This document shows positions 40,609 through 49,807 of a DNA stretch of 64,000 bases, in pieces (positions within the stretch are counted from its first letter, which is position 1; the number at the start of each line of letters is the position of its first letter). Origin of the DNA: an uncultured Planctomycetia bacterium (GTDB lineage Bacteria; Omnitrophota; Gorgyraeia; Tantalellales; Tantalellaceae); NCBI GenBank assembly GCA_964527765.1, contig CAZGQR010000003.1:75366-139365 (forward strand), read 5' to 3'. The position numbers and the translations under genes were made by a program. Below the pieces are notes generated by a model. The model made no database searches, was not told the DNA's origin, and saw only the letters and a list, made by a program, of their open reading frames with translations.

Positions 40609-42392
40609 TAGAACGGATGAAAAAAGTCACGGTCCTGGTTTCCGAAAGGGAAAGAGAGAAGTTCATCTCCAGGCTGCGGAAAGCGGGTGTTTTGCATATC
40701 AGGCACGTCAAAGCGCCGGTCCACCATGAAATAAATTTCATCGAAGACAGGATCTCAAGGATCGGGCAGATGATCTCCGCGCTTGCTCCGTACGCGGAGA
40801 AAGAGACCCAGGACGGGAAAGCAAGCAGTCATGAGAGGGATGTGCTGGCCAGGGTGGACGCCGTTATGGAGGCGTGCAGGGAAAAGCAGGACCTGGTAGC
40901 GCATATACGGGAGATGCGCGGGCGGATAGAATGGTTCAAGCCGTGGGGCGAATTTGACCCCGAGGATCTGGAAACGCTGGGGGAAAAGAATGTGCGCATC
41001 AGGCTTTACCGTTTGAGGAAGGACGAATTCAGGAAGCTCGGGAAAGACAGGAAATATCACGTGGTCAAGAAAGAAAAGGGGCTCGTATATATCGCGACCG
41101 TAGCATGGAATTCGGAGGAGAAGTTGCCCTTCGAGGAAGTGGCCGTCCCGCCGCTCGGCCCGGAAAAAATGAGAGGACAGATAGACCAGCTTAACGGCAG
41201 AATAGCCGGAGTGGATGATTTCCTGAAACAGGAGGCCAGGGGCATATACGCGATGAAAAGATGCGAGGAGAAGCTGAAGAAAGAGCATGAGTCCATGGCC
41301 GTCATGTTCGGCATGCAGGAGGAAGGGAAGTTTTCATACCTGCAGGGCTTTTGCCCGATCAAAGCGGTAAAGAAGATCTCCGCGATGGTAAAACAGCACG
41401 GACTGGGCTATTTAGCGGAAGAACCGGATAACCCGGATGAAACGCCTACGCTCATCACAAACCCCAGGTGGGTCAGGATAATCAACCCGGTATTCCAGTT
41501 CATGAACACGCTTCCCGGCTACAATGAGTTCGACATCAGTTTTTATTTTCTGATCTTTTTCAGTTTGTTTTTCGCGATGCTGATAGGTGATGCGGGATAC
41601 GGGACCCTTTTTCTGGCAGTGACGTTCCTGGTCAGGCGCAAGTTGAGGGACCTGCCGTCCGAACCGTTCCTTTTGATGTATATTCTAAGCTGCGGAACGA
41701 TCGTGTGGGGCGCGATCACCGGAACATGGTTCGGAGTCGAAAGAATAGCCCAGCTGCCTTTTTTCAGCAGTCTGGTCATAGAGAAAATAGGCAGTTTCGC
41801 CGATAGCCAGAATTTCCTGATATTCCTGTGCTTCATAATAGGCGCCGTGCAGTTGACGGTTGCGCACGCGCTGAAGGGGATAAAGGTCATAAATTCCGTG
41901 TTGGCCCTGGCGGAGGCGGGATGGATCCTGATCCTGTGGGGCATGTTTTTCGCGGCGGGGAAGTTCGTTATCGCCAGGCCCTTTCCCCCGGCTGCCGGAT
42001 GGCTGCTTGTCGGGGGTATCGGTCTTGTTCTCCTGTTCTCTAATCCGCAGAAAGGTATTTTCAAGGGCATGCTTACCACTTTAGCGAACCTGCCCCTGAG
42101 CGTGATAAGTTCGTTTTCGGATATCATTTCTTATTTAAGGCTGTTCGCCGTGGGATATGCCACGGTCATCGTTGCGGAAAGTTTTAATAACATGGCTCTG
42201 GCAGGCGGGATCGGCAGCGTGATAAAAGGATTGGGCGCGGCGATGATCCTGTTCCTGGGGCATGCGCTGAACATCCTTCTGGGTTTTATGGCAGTTATCG
42301 TCCACGGGATAAGGCTGAACATGCTCGAGTTCTCCAGCCATCTGGGGATGCAATGGTCCGGCAAGAAGTATGAACCTTTTTGTGAAAAGTAG
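40605..42392 (+). CDS. atpI: V-type ATPase subunit I (a-subunit)
   Basis: Cytoplasmic coiled-coil N-domain plus about 7 C-terminal TM helices with conserved Arg region (LRLFAVGYA). Confidence 0.7.
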   Translation: MIERMKKVTVLVSEREREKFISRLRKAGVLHIRHVKAPVHHEINFIEDRISRIGQMISALAPYAEKETQDGKASSHERDVLARVDAVMEACREKQDLVAHIREMRGRIEWFKPWGEFDPEDLETLGEKNVRIRLYRLRKDEFRKLGKDRKYHVVKKEKGLVYIATVAWNSEEKLPFEEVAVPPLGPEKMRGQIDQLNGRIAGVDDFLKQEARGIYAMKRCEEKLKKEHESMAVMFGMQEEGKFSYLQGFCPIKAVKKISAMVKQHGLGYLAEEPDNPDETPTLITNPRWVRIINPVFQFMNTLPGYNEFDISFYFLIFFSLFFAMLIGDAGYGTLFLAVTFLVRRKLRDLPSEPFLLMYILSCGTIVWGAITGTWFGVERIAQLPFFSSLVIEKIGSFADSQNFLIFLCFIIGAVQLTVAHALKGIKVINSVLALAEAGWILILWGMFFAAGKFVIARPFPPAAGWLLVGGIGLVLLFSNPQKGIFKGMLTTLANLPLSVISSFSDIISYLRLFAVGYATVIVAESFNNMALAGGIGSVIKGLGAAMILFLGHALNILLGFMAVIVHGIRLNMLEFSSHLGMQWSGKKYEPFCEK

Positions 42393-42406
42393 TAAGGAGG
42401 TATATC

Positions 42407-42847
42407 ATGGTTTCAGGGTTAGGTGATATGGGGCTTTCGCTCGCTTTCTCCGCGATCGGTTCGGCGCTGGGAACGGGAGTCGCGGGCATGGCCGCTGTTG
42501 GGGCGTGGAAAAGAGCTTTTATGCAGAACAAGGCGGCACCTTTCATTCTTATCGCTTTTGTGGGAGCCCCTTTGTCGCAGACCATTTACGGGATGATCTT
42601 GAGGAACGCTATCCAGGGAGCTAACCTTGACCCCCAGACGTATCCTTTTCAGATGGCTCTGGGTATGGCCGCGGGCCTGGCGATGGGAGCCTCGGCATGG
42701 ATGCAGGGCAAGGCCGGCGCGAGCGCGGCAGACGCCCTGGCCGAGACCGGAAAGGGCTTCGGCAATTACATAATGGTCCTCGGGGTCATCGAAACGGTAG
42801 CCTTGTTTGTGATGGTGTTCGCCCTGACGGCTCTCCCGAAAGGATAA
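42407..42847 (+). CDS. atpK: V-type ATPase proteolipid subunit K
   Basis: Gly/Ala-rich 4-TM c-subunit, 146 aa. Confidence 0.7.
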   Translation: MVSGLGDMGLSLAFSAIGSALGTGVAGMAAVGAWKRAFMQNKAAPFILIAFVGAPLSQTIYGMILRNAIQGANLDPQTYPFQMALGMAAGLAMGASAWMQGKAGASAADALAETGKGFGNYIMVLGVIETVALFVMVFALTALPKG

Positions 42848-42878
42848 GAAGCCGCCGGGCCAAACCGGAAAAGACAGT

Positions 42879-43544
42879 ATGCCAGCCGGAACCCTCTATA
42901 TCGTCAGCACGCCGATAGGGAATCTTGAGGATATCACGCTGCGGGCCATACGGGTCCTGAAGGAAGCGGACCTTGTGGCGGCGGAGGACACCCGCAGGTC
43001 GAAGACCCTGTTTACGGCTTACGGGATAAAAAGCGCGCTCACCAGCTATCATTCATACAACCTGGAGAAGAAGACGCCTCAGCTTGTCAAGGCGCTGCTG
43101 GACGGCAAAAATATTGCGCTCATTTCCGATTCCGGCACACCGGGCATTTCCGATCCCGGTTCCGTGCTGATAAATGAGTGTGTGAAGAACGGCATACCCC
43201 TTACCGCGGTTCCCGGCCCCACGGCGCTTGTGACCGCGCTGGTCCTGTCCGGCAAGCCCACGCATAAATTCGCCTTTGAGGGCTTTCTTTCCAACAAAGC
43301 GGCTCGCAGGCGGAAGCAGCTGGAGGGGCTGAAGGAAGAAAAAAGGACCGTGATAATCTATGAATCCCCCCACAGGATAGTGAGATTCCTTGAGGATTTC
43401 ATAGATGTCGTGGGCGACCGCGAGATCGTCATCGCGCGGGAAATGACCAAGAGGTTCGAGGAGATCAGGAGGGGGAGGGCAAGCCGCCACCTGGAGCACT
43501 TTTCGGAACATAAGCCCCGCGGCGAATTTATAATCGTTTTCTGA
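42879..43544 (+). CDS. rsmI: 16S rRNA (cytidine1402-2'-O)-methyltransferase RsmI (short form)
   Basis: LYIVSTPIGNLEDITLRA and AEDTR motifs; 221 aa lacking the C-terminal tail of E. coli RsmI. Confidence 0.75.
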   Translation: MPAGTLYIVSTPIGNLEDITLRAIRVLKEADLVAAEDTRRSKTLFTAYGIKSALTSYHSYNLEKKTPQLVKALLDGKNIALISDSGTPGISDPGSVLINECVKNGIPLTAVPGPTALVTALVLSGKPTHKFAFEGFLSNKAARRRKQLEGLKEEKRTVIIYESPHRIVRFLEDFIDVVGDREIVIAREMTKRFEEIRRGRASRHLEHFSEHKPRGEFIIVF

Positions 43545-43595
43545 CGAAAAAGCGCTCCGAAAGGCCGCAAGTCCGCAGTCCGCGAACTGTAAGTA

Positions 43596-43623
43596 TTGAC
43601 TTTTTCCCGGCAGTTGCTACAAT
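43596..43623 (+). promoter_or_regulatory. sigma70-type promoter upstream of ndk
   Basis: TTGACT, 16-nt spacer, TACAAT. Confidence 0.45.
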
Positions 43624-43665
43624 AGTGACCTAAGTATTTCATTATATCTTAATAGCGGGGGCAAT

Positions 43666-44163
43666 ATGGTAGAGCAAACACTCGTGCTGATAAAGCCGGA
43701 CGGCCTGAAAAAATCTTTGACCGGGAACATCCTGACGAGACTCTCCGAGACAAAACTGGACATCGTAGGGGCAAAGATAGTAAGGGTCTCCCGGGAGCTC
43801 GCCAAAGAGCATTACAGGGCGATGGCGGACAAGCCTTTTTTTGAGGAACTCATCAGATATATCATGGGAGAATACCATAAGAAAAAGGTCATGGCCCTTA
43901 TATATTGGGGGGACAACGCCATCAGTAAAGTAAGAGAGATCTGCGGGGAGACCAATCCGGAGAGGGCGGACGCCGTTTCGATAAGAGGGGCCTACGGCAG
44001 GATCACTACGGCGGGAGTATATGAGAACGTCATTCACGCTTCCGAGAGCACCGGGGAAGCCGAAAGAGAAATAAAACTCTGGTTCGAGCCGGATGAAATC
44101 CTGCTCGACATATACCCCGTGACCGAAGTCGAAGTGAAGAAAAAGATCAGAAAATGGGCATGA
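43666..44163 (+). CDS. ndk: nucleoside diphosphate kinase (with about 25-aa C-terminal extension)
   Basis: LVLIKPDG, NVIHASES (NxxHxSD-like) motifs. Confidence 0.85.
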   Translation: MVEQTLVLIKPDGLKKSLTGNILTRLSETKLDIVGAKIVRVSRELAKEHYRAMADKPFFEELIRYIMGEYHKKKVMALIYWGDNAISKVREICGETNPERADAVSIRGAYGRITTAGVYENVIHASESTGEAEREIKLWFEPDEILLDIYPVTEVEVKKKIRKWA

Positions 44164-44203
44164 CCCTTCTCGCCAAGGGCGCAAATAAAGCATAAGGAAG
44201 ACC

Positions 44204-45088
44204 ATGATAAAATCAATGACAGGTTTCGGCAAAAGCACCGAAAAATCCCCGTACGGCACGATAACCGCCGAGATCAAAACACTGAACTACAAAAACCTGA
44301 GCGTCACCTGCAATCCGTTCAACGGGCTCTTCCTGCTGGAAGAGAAAATTAAAAAGCTCTTCGAAGGGAAGATATTCCGGGGAAAGGTCCTTGTCAGGAT
44401 AACGGCCGAAGGGAAGAGCGGGCAGAAAAGTCTCCAGAGGATAGAGGTAAACGAGAGTGTTGCCCGGGAATATCTCAGAAAGATCAGGAAAGCCCAGAAA
44501 AATCTGGGCGTCAAGGGCGAAATACAGATAAGAGATCTGATAGAATTTCCCGGAGTCGTGGAAAGCGGCGTCGATAAAAAGCAGGAGCAGGTCTGGCCGT
44601 ATGTCAGGAAAGCGCTGGAAAAAGCGCTGAATAAACTGATCGCATACCGCAGGAGCGAAGGGATACGGCTTGCCGGGGATTTTAATGGGCGCCTTCGCGA
44701 GATAAAAAAGAAATTGCGCGAGATCAGCGGGTACGGCAAGCAGAGCGTTGCCGGGTACCGCAAAAAACTGGTCCGGTCAATCCGGGACATCGCGGAAAAC
44801 GTGGAGCTGGACAAGAACAGACTGGAGACGGAAGTCGCTTTGTTTTCCAGGAACTGCGATATAGCGGAAGAGATCACGCGCCTGGAGGGGCATCTGGCGG
44901 CGTACAGGGATGCCATGAATAAAGTGAAAACGGATGTGGGCAAGAAGCTGGATTTTATAGCCCAGGAGATGCAAAGGGAAGCCAACACCATAGGGGCGAA
45001 ATCAAGCGATTTCAGGATATCCAAAGCCGTTATTGAGGTAAAGAGCGAAATAGAGAAAATGCGGGAACAGATCAAGAACATCGAATGA
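44204..45088 (+). CDS. yicC: YicC-family stress-induced protein
   Basis: MIKSMTGFG N-terminus; 294 aa; conserved yicC-gmk-rpoZ neighbourhood. Confidence 0.75.
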   Translation: MIKSMTGFGKSTEKSPYGTITAEIKTLNYKNLSVTCNPFNGLFLLEEKIKKLFEGKIFRGKVLVRITAEGKSGQKSLQRIEVNESVAREYLRKIRKAQKNLGVKGEIQIRDLIEFPGVVESGVDKKQEQVWPYVRKALEKALNKLIAYRRSEGIRLAGDFNGRLREIKKKLREISGYGKQSVAGYRKKLVRSIRDIAENVELDKNRLETEVALFSRNCDIAEEITRLEGHLAAYRDAMNKVKTDVGKKLDFIAQEMQREANTIGAKSSDFRISKAVIEVKSEIEKMREQIKNIE

Positions 45089-45687
45089 AAAAGAAAAGAG
45101 AACCTCTCATCATTATCGTTTCCGCGCCGAGCGGCAGCGGCAAGACAACTCTCATAAACCGTTTGCTGGAAAAGATACCCGAGATGCAGAGGTCTATTTC
45201 ATGTACGACGAGACAGCCGAGGGAAGGGGAGAAAGACAAGAGGGATTATTTGTTCATTCCCAGGGAAGAATTCAAGGAGAGGATAGAGAAAGGCGAATTT
45301 CTGGAGTGGGAGGAAAACTTCGGTCATTATTACGGCACCCCGAAAGAACAGTTCCAGGAAGCGGTGGAAAAGGGGGAAGACATAATCTTAAGCATAGACG
45401 TTAAGGGCGCCAGGGCCATCAAGAGAAACTTCCCCGAAAGCGTAAGCGTTTTCATAATGCCTCCATCCGCCGAAGAGCTTGCGACAAGACTTAGGAAGAG
45501 GAACACGGACCGGGAAAAAGACGTTTCTATGCGGCTGGAAGAGGCGCGGCGGGAGATCTCGGCCGCGGATGAGTATGATTACCTGGTCGTCAACAAAGAA
45601 CTGGGAGAAGCGGTAGAGGAGCTGAAATCCATCATAGAGACCGAGAGAAGGAACAGGACGGTCAATACGGAAGAAGACGAGAAATAA
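45085..45687 (+). CDS. gmk: guanylate kinase
   Basis: Walker A SAPSGSGKTT; 200 aa. Confidence 0.9.
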   Translation: MKKKREPLIIIVSAPSGSGKTTLINRLLEKIPEMQRSISCTTRQPREGEKDKRDYLFIPREEFKERIEKGEFLEWEENFGHYYGTPKEQFQEAVEKGEDIILSIDVKGARAIKRNFPESVSVFIMPPSAEELATRLRKRNTDREKDVSMRLEEARREISAADEYDYLVVNKELGEAVEELKSIIETERRNRTVNTEEDEK

Positions 45688-45887
45688 TGGAAAAAGCGCT
45701 GAGGGAAACATTGATACAAAAAACCGGCAGTATTTACAAACTCTGTAACCTGGCGGCGATGAGGGCCATGGAGCTTAATAGCGGGATGAAAAAGCTGGTC
45801 GAAGCGGAACCCAGCGAAAAAGTCACCACTTTGGCCATTAAAGAGATCGCCGCAGGAAAAGTCAAGCTGAAGGCGACCAAAGGATAA
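45687..45887 (+). CDS. rpoZ: DNA-directed RNA polymerase subunit omega
   Basis: 66 aa; position after gmk; YKLCNLAAMRAMEL core. Confidence 0.75.
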   Translation: MEKALRETLIQKTGSIYKLCNLAAMRAMELNSGMKKLVEAEPSEKVTTLAIKEIAAGKVKLKATKG

Positions 45888-45891
45888 AAAG

Positions 45892-46431
45892 GTGGGAAAG
45901 AACATTCTTTTGGGCGTGACCGGCAGTATCGCCAGCTTTAAGGCTTGCGATCTTATAGGCCTTCTTCGCAAGAAGGGGCATTCCGTGCGCTGTGTGATGT
46001 CTGCCGACGCCAAATGGTTCGTTACGCCGCTCGCGCTGGAGACGCTTACGGGCAAGAAGGTGATCGATGATATGTTCCGGCTGCCCGAGAGCAGGGACCC
46101 CGCGCATATCTCTCTGGCCGATGAAGCGGATATCATTCTGATAGCGCCCGCGACCGCCGATATGATCGCGAAAATAGCCGCGGGTCTCTGCGACGATATA
46201 CTGGCGTGTACCGTGTGCGCTTCTGATTGCCCGGTAGTTTTTGCTCCCGCCATGAACGATACAATGTTCAATAATCCTATTGTGCGGGAAAATATAGAGT
46301 ACCTTCGCGGGAAGGGATACCATTTCATCGATCCTGTAGTGGGGCACCTGGCGTGTGGACGTGAAGGCATGGGGCATCTGGCGCCGCTGGAGAAAATAGT
46401 CAAAGAAGCGGAAAAGATCTTAGCATTATGA
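45892..46431 (+). CDS. coaC: phosphopantothenoylcysteine decarboxylase (flavoprotein), stand-alone
   Basis: ILLGVTGSIASFKA flavin-binding start; PAMN motif. Confidence 0.8.
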   Translation: MGKNILLGVTGSIASFKACDLIGLLRKKGHSVRCVMSADAKWFVTPLALETLTGKKVIDDMFRLPESRDPAHISLADEADIILIAPATADMIAKIAAGLCDDILACTVCASDCPVVFAPAMNDTMFNNPIVRENIEYLRGKGYHFIDPVVGHLACGREGMGHLAPLEKIVKEAEKILAL

Positions 46432-47105
46432 CACAGGCGCGCGCGATGCATAGACCGGACAAAGACCCCGGATCTTCCAGGAGAATACTGGTAACCGCGG
46501 GACCTACCATAGAGCCTCTGGATCCTGTCAGATATATTTCTAATCGGTCCACCGGAACAATGGGCTATGAGATAGCGGCAGAAGGCCGGAGGCGCGGTTT
46601 CAAAGTGTGCCTTATAAGCGGGCCCGTGCATCTGCCGCCGCCGTCCGGCGTGGAAGTGCTGAGCGTGACAACGGCGCGGGAGATGAAGGACAAGGTGGCC
46701 GAACGCATCGGCGGATGCGATTGCGTGATCATGGCGGCGGCGGTCTGTGATTTTCGGCCGGAGAAAAGCGCAAAGCGGAAGATCAAGAAACGGGAAACCC
46801 TGGACATCAAGCTCGTTAAGAACCCTGACATACTTTTGGAAGCAGGGCAAAGAGAGGGTCTTGTAAAGGTGGGGTTCGCTCTTGAGACGGAAAACGCGCT
46901 CGAGAACGCGAAGGGTAAACTTGAGAAGAAAGGGCTGGACCTGATCGTGATCAACACGATAGACGAAAAATCCGATCCGTTCGGTCCGGGCGCGGCACGA
47001 TATATCCTGCTGGACAGAGACGGTAATATCCGGGAAGTCGAAAGCCTTACCAAGAAACAGATGGCGGGGATCATCGTGCGGGAGGTGGAAAGGCTGCTGC
47101 AATGA
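46428..47105 (+). CDS. coaB: phosphopantothenate--cysteine ligase, stand-alone
   Basis: ILVTAGPTIEPLDPVRYISNRSTGTMG motif; ATGA overlap with coaC. Confidence 0.8.
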   Translation: MTQARAMHRPDKDPGSSRRILVTAGPTIEPLDPVRYISNRSTGTMGYEIAAEGRRRGFKVCLISGPVHLPPPSGVEVLSVTTAREMKDKVAERIGGCDCVIMAAAVCDFRPEKSAKRKIKKRETLDIKLVKNPDILLEAGQREGLVKVGFALETENALENAKGKLEKKGLDLIVINTIDEKSDPFGPGAARYILLDRDGNIREVESLTKKQMAGIIVREVERLLQ

Positions 47106-47542
47106 AGAAATGGGATATAGGCAGTAAAGGATTCACGATAAGCGAACTGGTGCTTGTGTTGGTCATAGCGCTTGTTGTGGGAGGGCTGATGCTGCCGTTC
47201 ATCCGGTATAACGCCAGGAGAATGGATAAGACCGCGTGCGCGAACAACCTGCGCCAAGTGGGGCTGGCGCTGTACATTTACGCGAAGGAGCATGAAGGGA
47301 GATTCCCGCCCACTCTCAAGGCCCTTTATGACGAGCGCTATCTGGCCGACAGGCGGCTGATGGATTGTCCCGCGAGCAGGGACACGGGGACACCGGAATC
47401 CCCGGATTATATATACACCGCCGGTTTGTCCGTCAGGGATCCTTCATTGACCGCCCTCGTGCGGGATAAGGCCAGGAACCATCCGCGCGGAGGAAAGAAC
47501 ATACTTTATGTCAACGGCGCAGTGGTCTGGGAGGAAGAATAG
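47102..47542 (+). CDS. prepilin-type N-terminal cleavage/methylation domain protein (pseudopilin, DUF1559-like C-terminus)
   Basis: GFTISELVLVLVIALVV class III signal; C-terminal HPRGGKNILYVNG resembles the H-X9-DG motif. Confidence 0.55.
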   Translation: MKKWDIGSKGFTISELVLVLVIALVVGGLMLPFIRYNARRMDKTACANNLRQVGLALYIYAKEHEGRFPPTLKALYDERYLADRRLMDCPASRDTGTPESPDYIYTAGLSVRDPSLTALVRDKARNHPRGGKNILYVNGAVVWEEE

Positions 47543-47558
47543 GAAAGGCGGAAGCCGA

Positions 47559-47587
47559 TTGACATTTTTATTTTATTATGATAATTT
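47559..47587 (+). promoter_or_regulatory. candidate promoter of the tRNA-thrS-infC-rpmI-rplT transcription unit
   Basis: TTGACA, 17-nt AT-rich spacer, TAATTT, 13 nt before tRNA-Cys. Confidence 0.4.
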
Positions 47588-47600
47588 AACTCACGCTTCG

Positions 47601-47674
47601 GGCGCGGTGGCCGAGCAGATAGGCAGCGGTCTGCAAAACCGCGTACACCGGTGCGAATCCGGTCCGCGCCTCCA
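47601..47674 (+). tRNA. tRNA-Cys (GCA)
   Basis: Acceptor GGCGCGG/CCGCGCC, anticodon loop CTGCAAA, T-loop TGCGAAT, CCA encoded. Confidence 0.8.
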
Positions 47675-47743
47675 GATTCTTGCGAAGCAGTGTTTTTCCG
47701 CAGATGCGGCGAATAGGGGCCTCGGAGAGGATGCTTAAAAGGT

Positions 47744-47831
47744 GGGCGAGTGGCGGAATTGGCAGACGCAAAGGACTTAAAATCCTTCGGTTGAATAAAC
47801 CATGAGGGTTCGAGTCCCTCCTTGCCCACCA
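47744..47831 (+). tRNA. tRNA-Leu (TAA)
   Basis: Long variable arm, anticodon loop CTTAAAA, T-loop TTCGAGT, CCA encoded. Confidence 0.8.
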
Positions 47832-47911
47832 TGCCGATACTGGAAGGTTGCATAGGAACACAAAAGGTGTCATAATATAGATTAATATTTTAGCCGGAAG
47901 AATAATACGGT

Positions 47912-47988
47912 GGGCGGTTAGCTCAGATGGTTAGAGCGCCACGTTGACATCGTGGAGGTCACTGGTTCGATCCCAGTATCGCCCACCA
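47912..47988 (+). tRNA. tRNA-Val (GAC)
   Basis: Acceptor GGGCGGT/ATCGCCC, anticodon loop TTGACAT, T-loop TTCGATC, CCA encoded. Confidence 0.8.
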
Positions 47989-47999
47989 CTGCACGGGAT

Positions 48000-49766
48000 A
48001 TGGCAAAGAAAAAAGACGAAAATCTTGAAAAATTAAGGCACAGTGCGGCTCATGTCATGGCCGACGCGGTCAAGAGGCTGTTCCCCGGGGTGAAACTGGG
48101 CATAGGCCCGGCTATCGAGAACGGGTTTTACTATGATTTTGACTTCTCGGGATGCGACATGGGCTCTTCCGGCAGGCCCCAAGGTCATTTTCTGACCCCG
48201 GAAGATCTCCCGAAAATTGAAAAGGAGATGGCCCGGATAGTAAAGCAGAAGCTTCCTTTCGAGAAGAAAGTGGTGACAAAGGCGGAAGCCGTAAAGGCCT
48301 TTGAAGCCGAAGGCGAAGTGTATAAGCTTGAGCTGCTGAACGAATTGAGAGACGAGGAGATAACCCTTTACCGGCACGGCGATTTTACGGATCTTTGCAG
48401 GGGGCCGCATGTTGCCGATACGGGAAAGGTCGGCGTGTTTAAGCTTCTGTCGTTAGCCGGCGCGTACTGGAGGGGCGACGAGGCCAATCCCATGCTGCAG
48501 CGCATATACGGCACCGCGTTCAGCGATGAGAAGGACCTGGAGGAATTCCTGACGTTCAGGGAAGAGGCCCAGAAGAGGGACCACAGAAAGCTGGGCAAAG
48601 AGCTGGATCTTTACAGTTTCGATGAATCGATGGGAGCCGGCCTCGTGCTGTACCATCCCAAAGGGGCGATGCTCAGGCAGATCATCGTCGATTACATAAC
48701 GGAAAAACATATCGAAAAAGGGTATCAGCTGATCTCGAGCCCGCATATCCTTAAAAGCGATATCTGGATACGCTCCGGGCACTATGATTATTATAAGGAA
48801 TATATGTATACGTTTAAAAGCGATAACCAGGAATATGCCGTCAAACCGATGAACTGCCCCGGGCATATACTCGTATATTCGTCCAAAGTGCGCAGCTACA
48901 GGGAATTTCCCATAAGATACTTTGAGCTCGGCAGCGTTTACAGACACGAGAAATCCGGAGTGCTTCATGGCCTTCTGCGCGTGAGAGGTTTTACGCAGGA
49001 CGATGCCCATATATTCTGCCTGCAGGAACAGGCGGCGGAAGAGGTCGTGAATGTCATGGATTTCGTGGAAGAGACGCTGAAAGTGTTCGGGTTTCGGGAA
49101 TTTGAAGTGGAACTGAGCACCCGCCCCGAAAAATTTATAGGGGCAGAAGAAGATTGGAATAAAGCCACGGATGCGCTGAAAGACGCTCTCCGGAAGAAAG
49201 GGCTCGAGTATAAGATAAATGAGGGGGAAGGAGCTTTTTACGGGCCGAAGATAGACATCAAGCTGAAAGATGCCCTGGGGAGAGCCTGGCAGTGCGCGAC
49301 GATACAGTGTGATTTCGCTTTGCCTGAGCGGTTTGATCTGAAATATACCGACCAGAACGGAGCCGAGAAACGCCCCATCGTGCTGCACCGCGTGATCCTG
49401 GGCAGTCTGGAACGCTTTATCGGGGCGCTGGTCGAGCATTACGGAGGAGCGTTCCCGCTGTGGCTGGCTCCCGTCCAGGTAAAGGTCGTTCCCATCACGG
49501 AAGCTCATCTTGGCTACGGGAAGGAGATAGAACAGCAGCTTATGAAGCTCGGATTTCGCGCGGAAACAGACTCTCGGAACGAGAAGATGCAGAAAAAGAT
49601 AAGAGATGCCGAACTGGCAAAGATCCCATATATGGCTGTTGTAGGCAACAGGGAGGCGGAACAGGGGACAGTTGCCGTCAGGAGCAGAAGGCACGGAGAT
49701 ATAGGCGCGCTGGGGCGCGAAGATTTCCTGAAACGCCTGCAGCAAGAGGTCGCAAGCAGGGAATAG
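48000..49766 (+). CDS. thrS: threonine--tRNA ligase lacking the N-terminal TGS domain
   Basis: Starts MAKKKDENLEKLRHSAAHVMADAV in the editing domain (HxxxH...CRGPH); class II motifs; ORF portion upstream of 48000 overlaps tRNA-Val. Confidence 0.9.
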   Translation: MAKKKDENLEKLRHSAAHVMADAVKRLFPGVKLGIGPAIENGFYYDFDFSGCDMGSSGRPQGHFLTPEDLPKIEKEMARIVKQKLPFEKKVVTKAEAVKAFEAEGEVYKLELLNELRDEEITLYRHGDFTDLCRGPHVADTGKVGVFKLLSLAGAYWRGDEANPMLQRIYGTAFSDEKDLEEFLTFREEAQKRDHRKLGKELDLYSFDESMGAGLVLYHPKGAMLRQIIVDYITEKHIEKGYQLISSPHILKSDIWIRSGHYDYYKEYMYTFKSDNQEYAVKPMNCPGHILVYSSKVRSYREFPIRYFELGSVYRHEKSGVLHGLLRVRGFTQDDAHIFCLQEQAAEEVVNVMDFVEETLKVFGFREFEVELSTRPEKFIGAEEDWNKATDALKDALRKKGLEYKINEGEGAFYGPKIDIKLKDALGRAWQCATIQCDFALPERFDLKYTDQNGAEKRPIVLHRVILGSLERFIGALVEHYGGAFPLWLAPVQVKVVPITEAHLGYGKEIEQQLMKLGFRAETDSRNEKMQKKIRDAELAKIPYMAVVGNREAEQGTVAVRSRRHGDIGALGREDFLKRLQQEVASRE

Positions 49767-49807
49767 CCCTGCAGCAGCGCGAACCTGTTATTACAAAGGA
49801 GGTCGCC

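Noticed and set aside
45579-47102. 507-aa minus-strand ORF across gmk-rpoZ-coaC-coaB
   Set aside because: Antisense to four conserved short genes whose products are clearly recognisable. Arg/His-rich composition without motifs.
47506-47873. Two minus-strand ORFs (115 and 95 aa) over the tRNA-Cys/Leu cluster
   Set aside because: Overlap tRNA genes on the opposite strand. No coding signal.
48453-49745. 430-aa minus-strand ORF inside thrS
   Set aside because: Antisense shadow of thrS.
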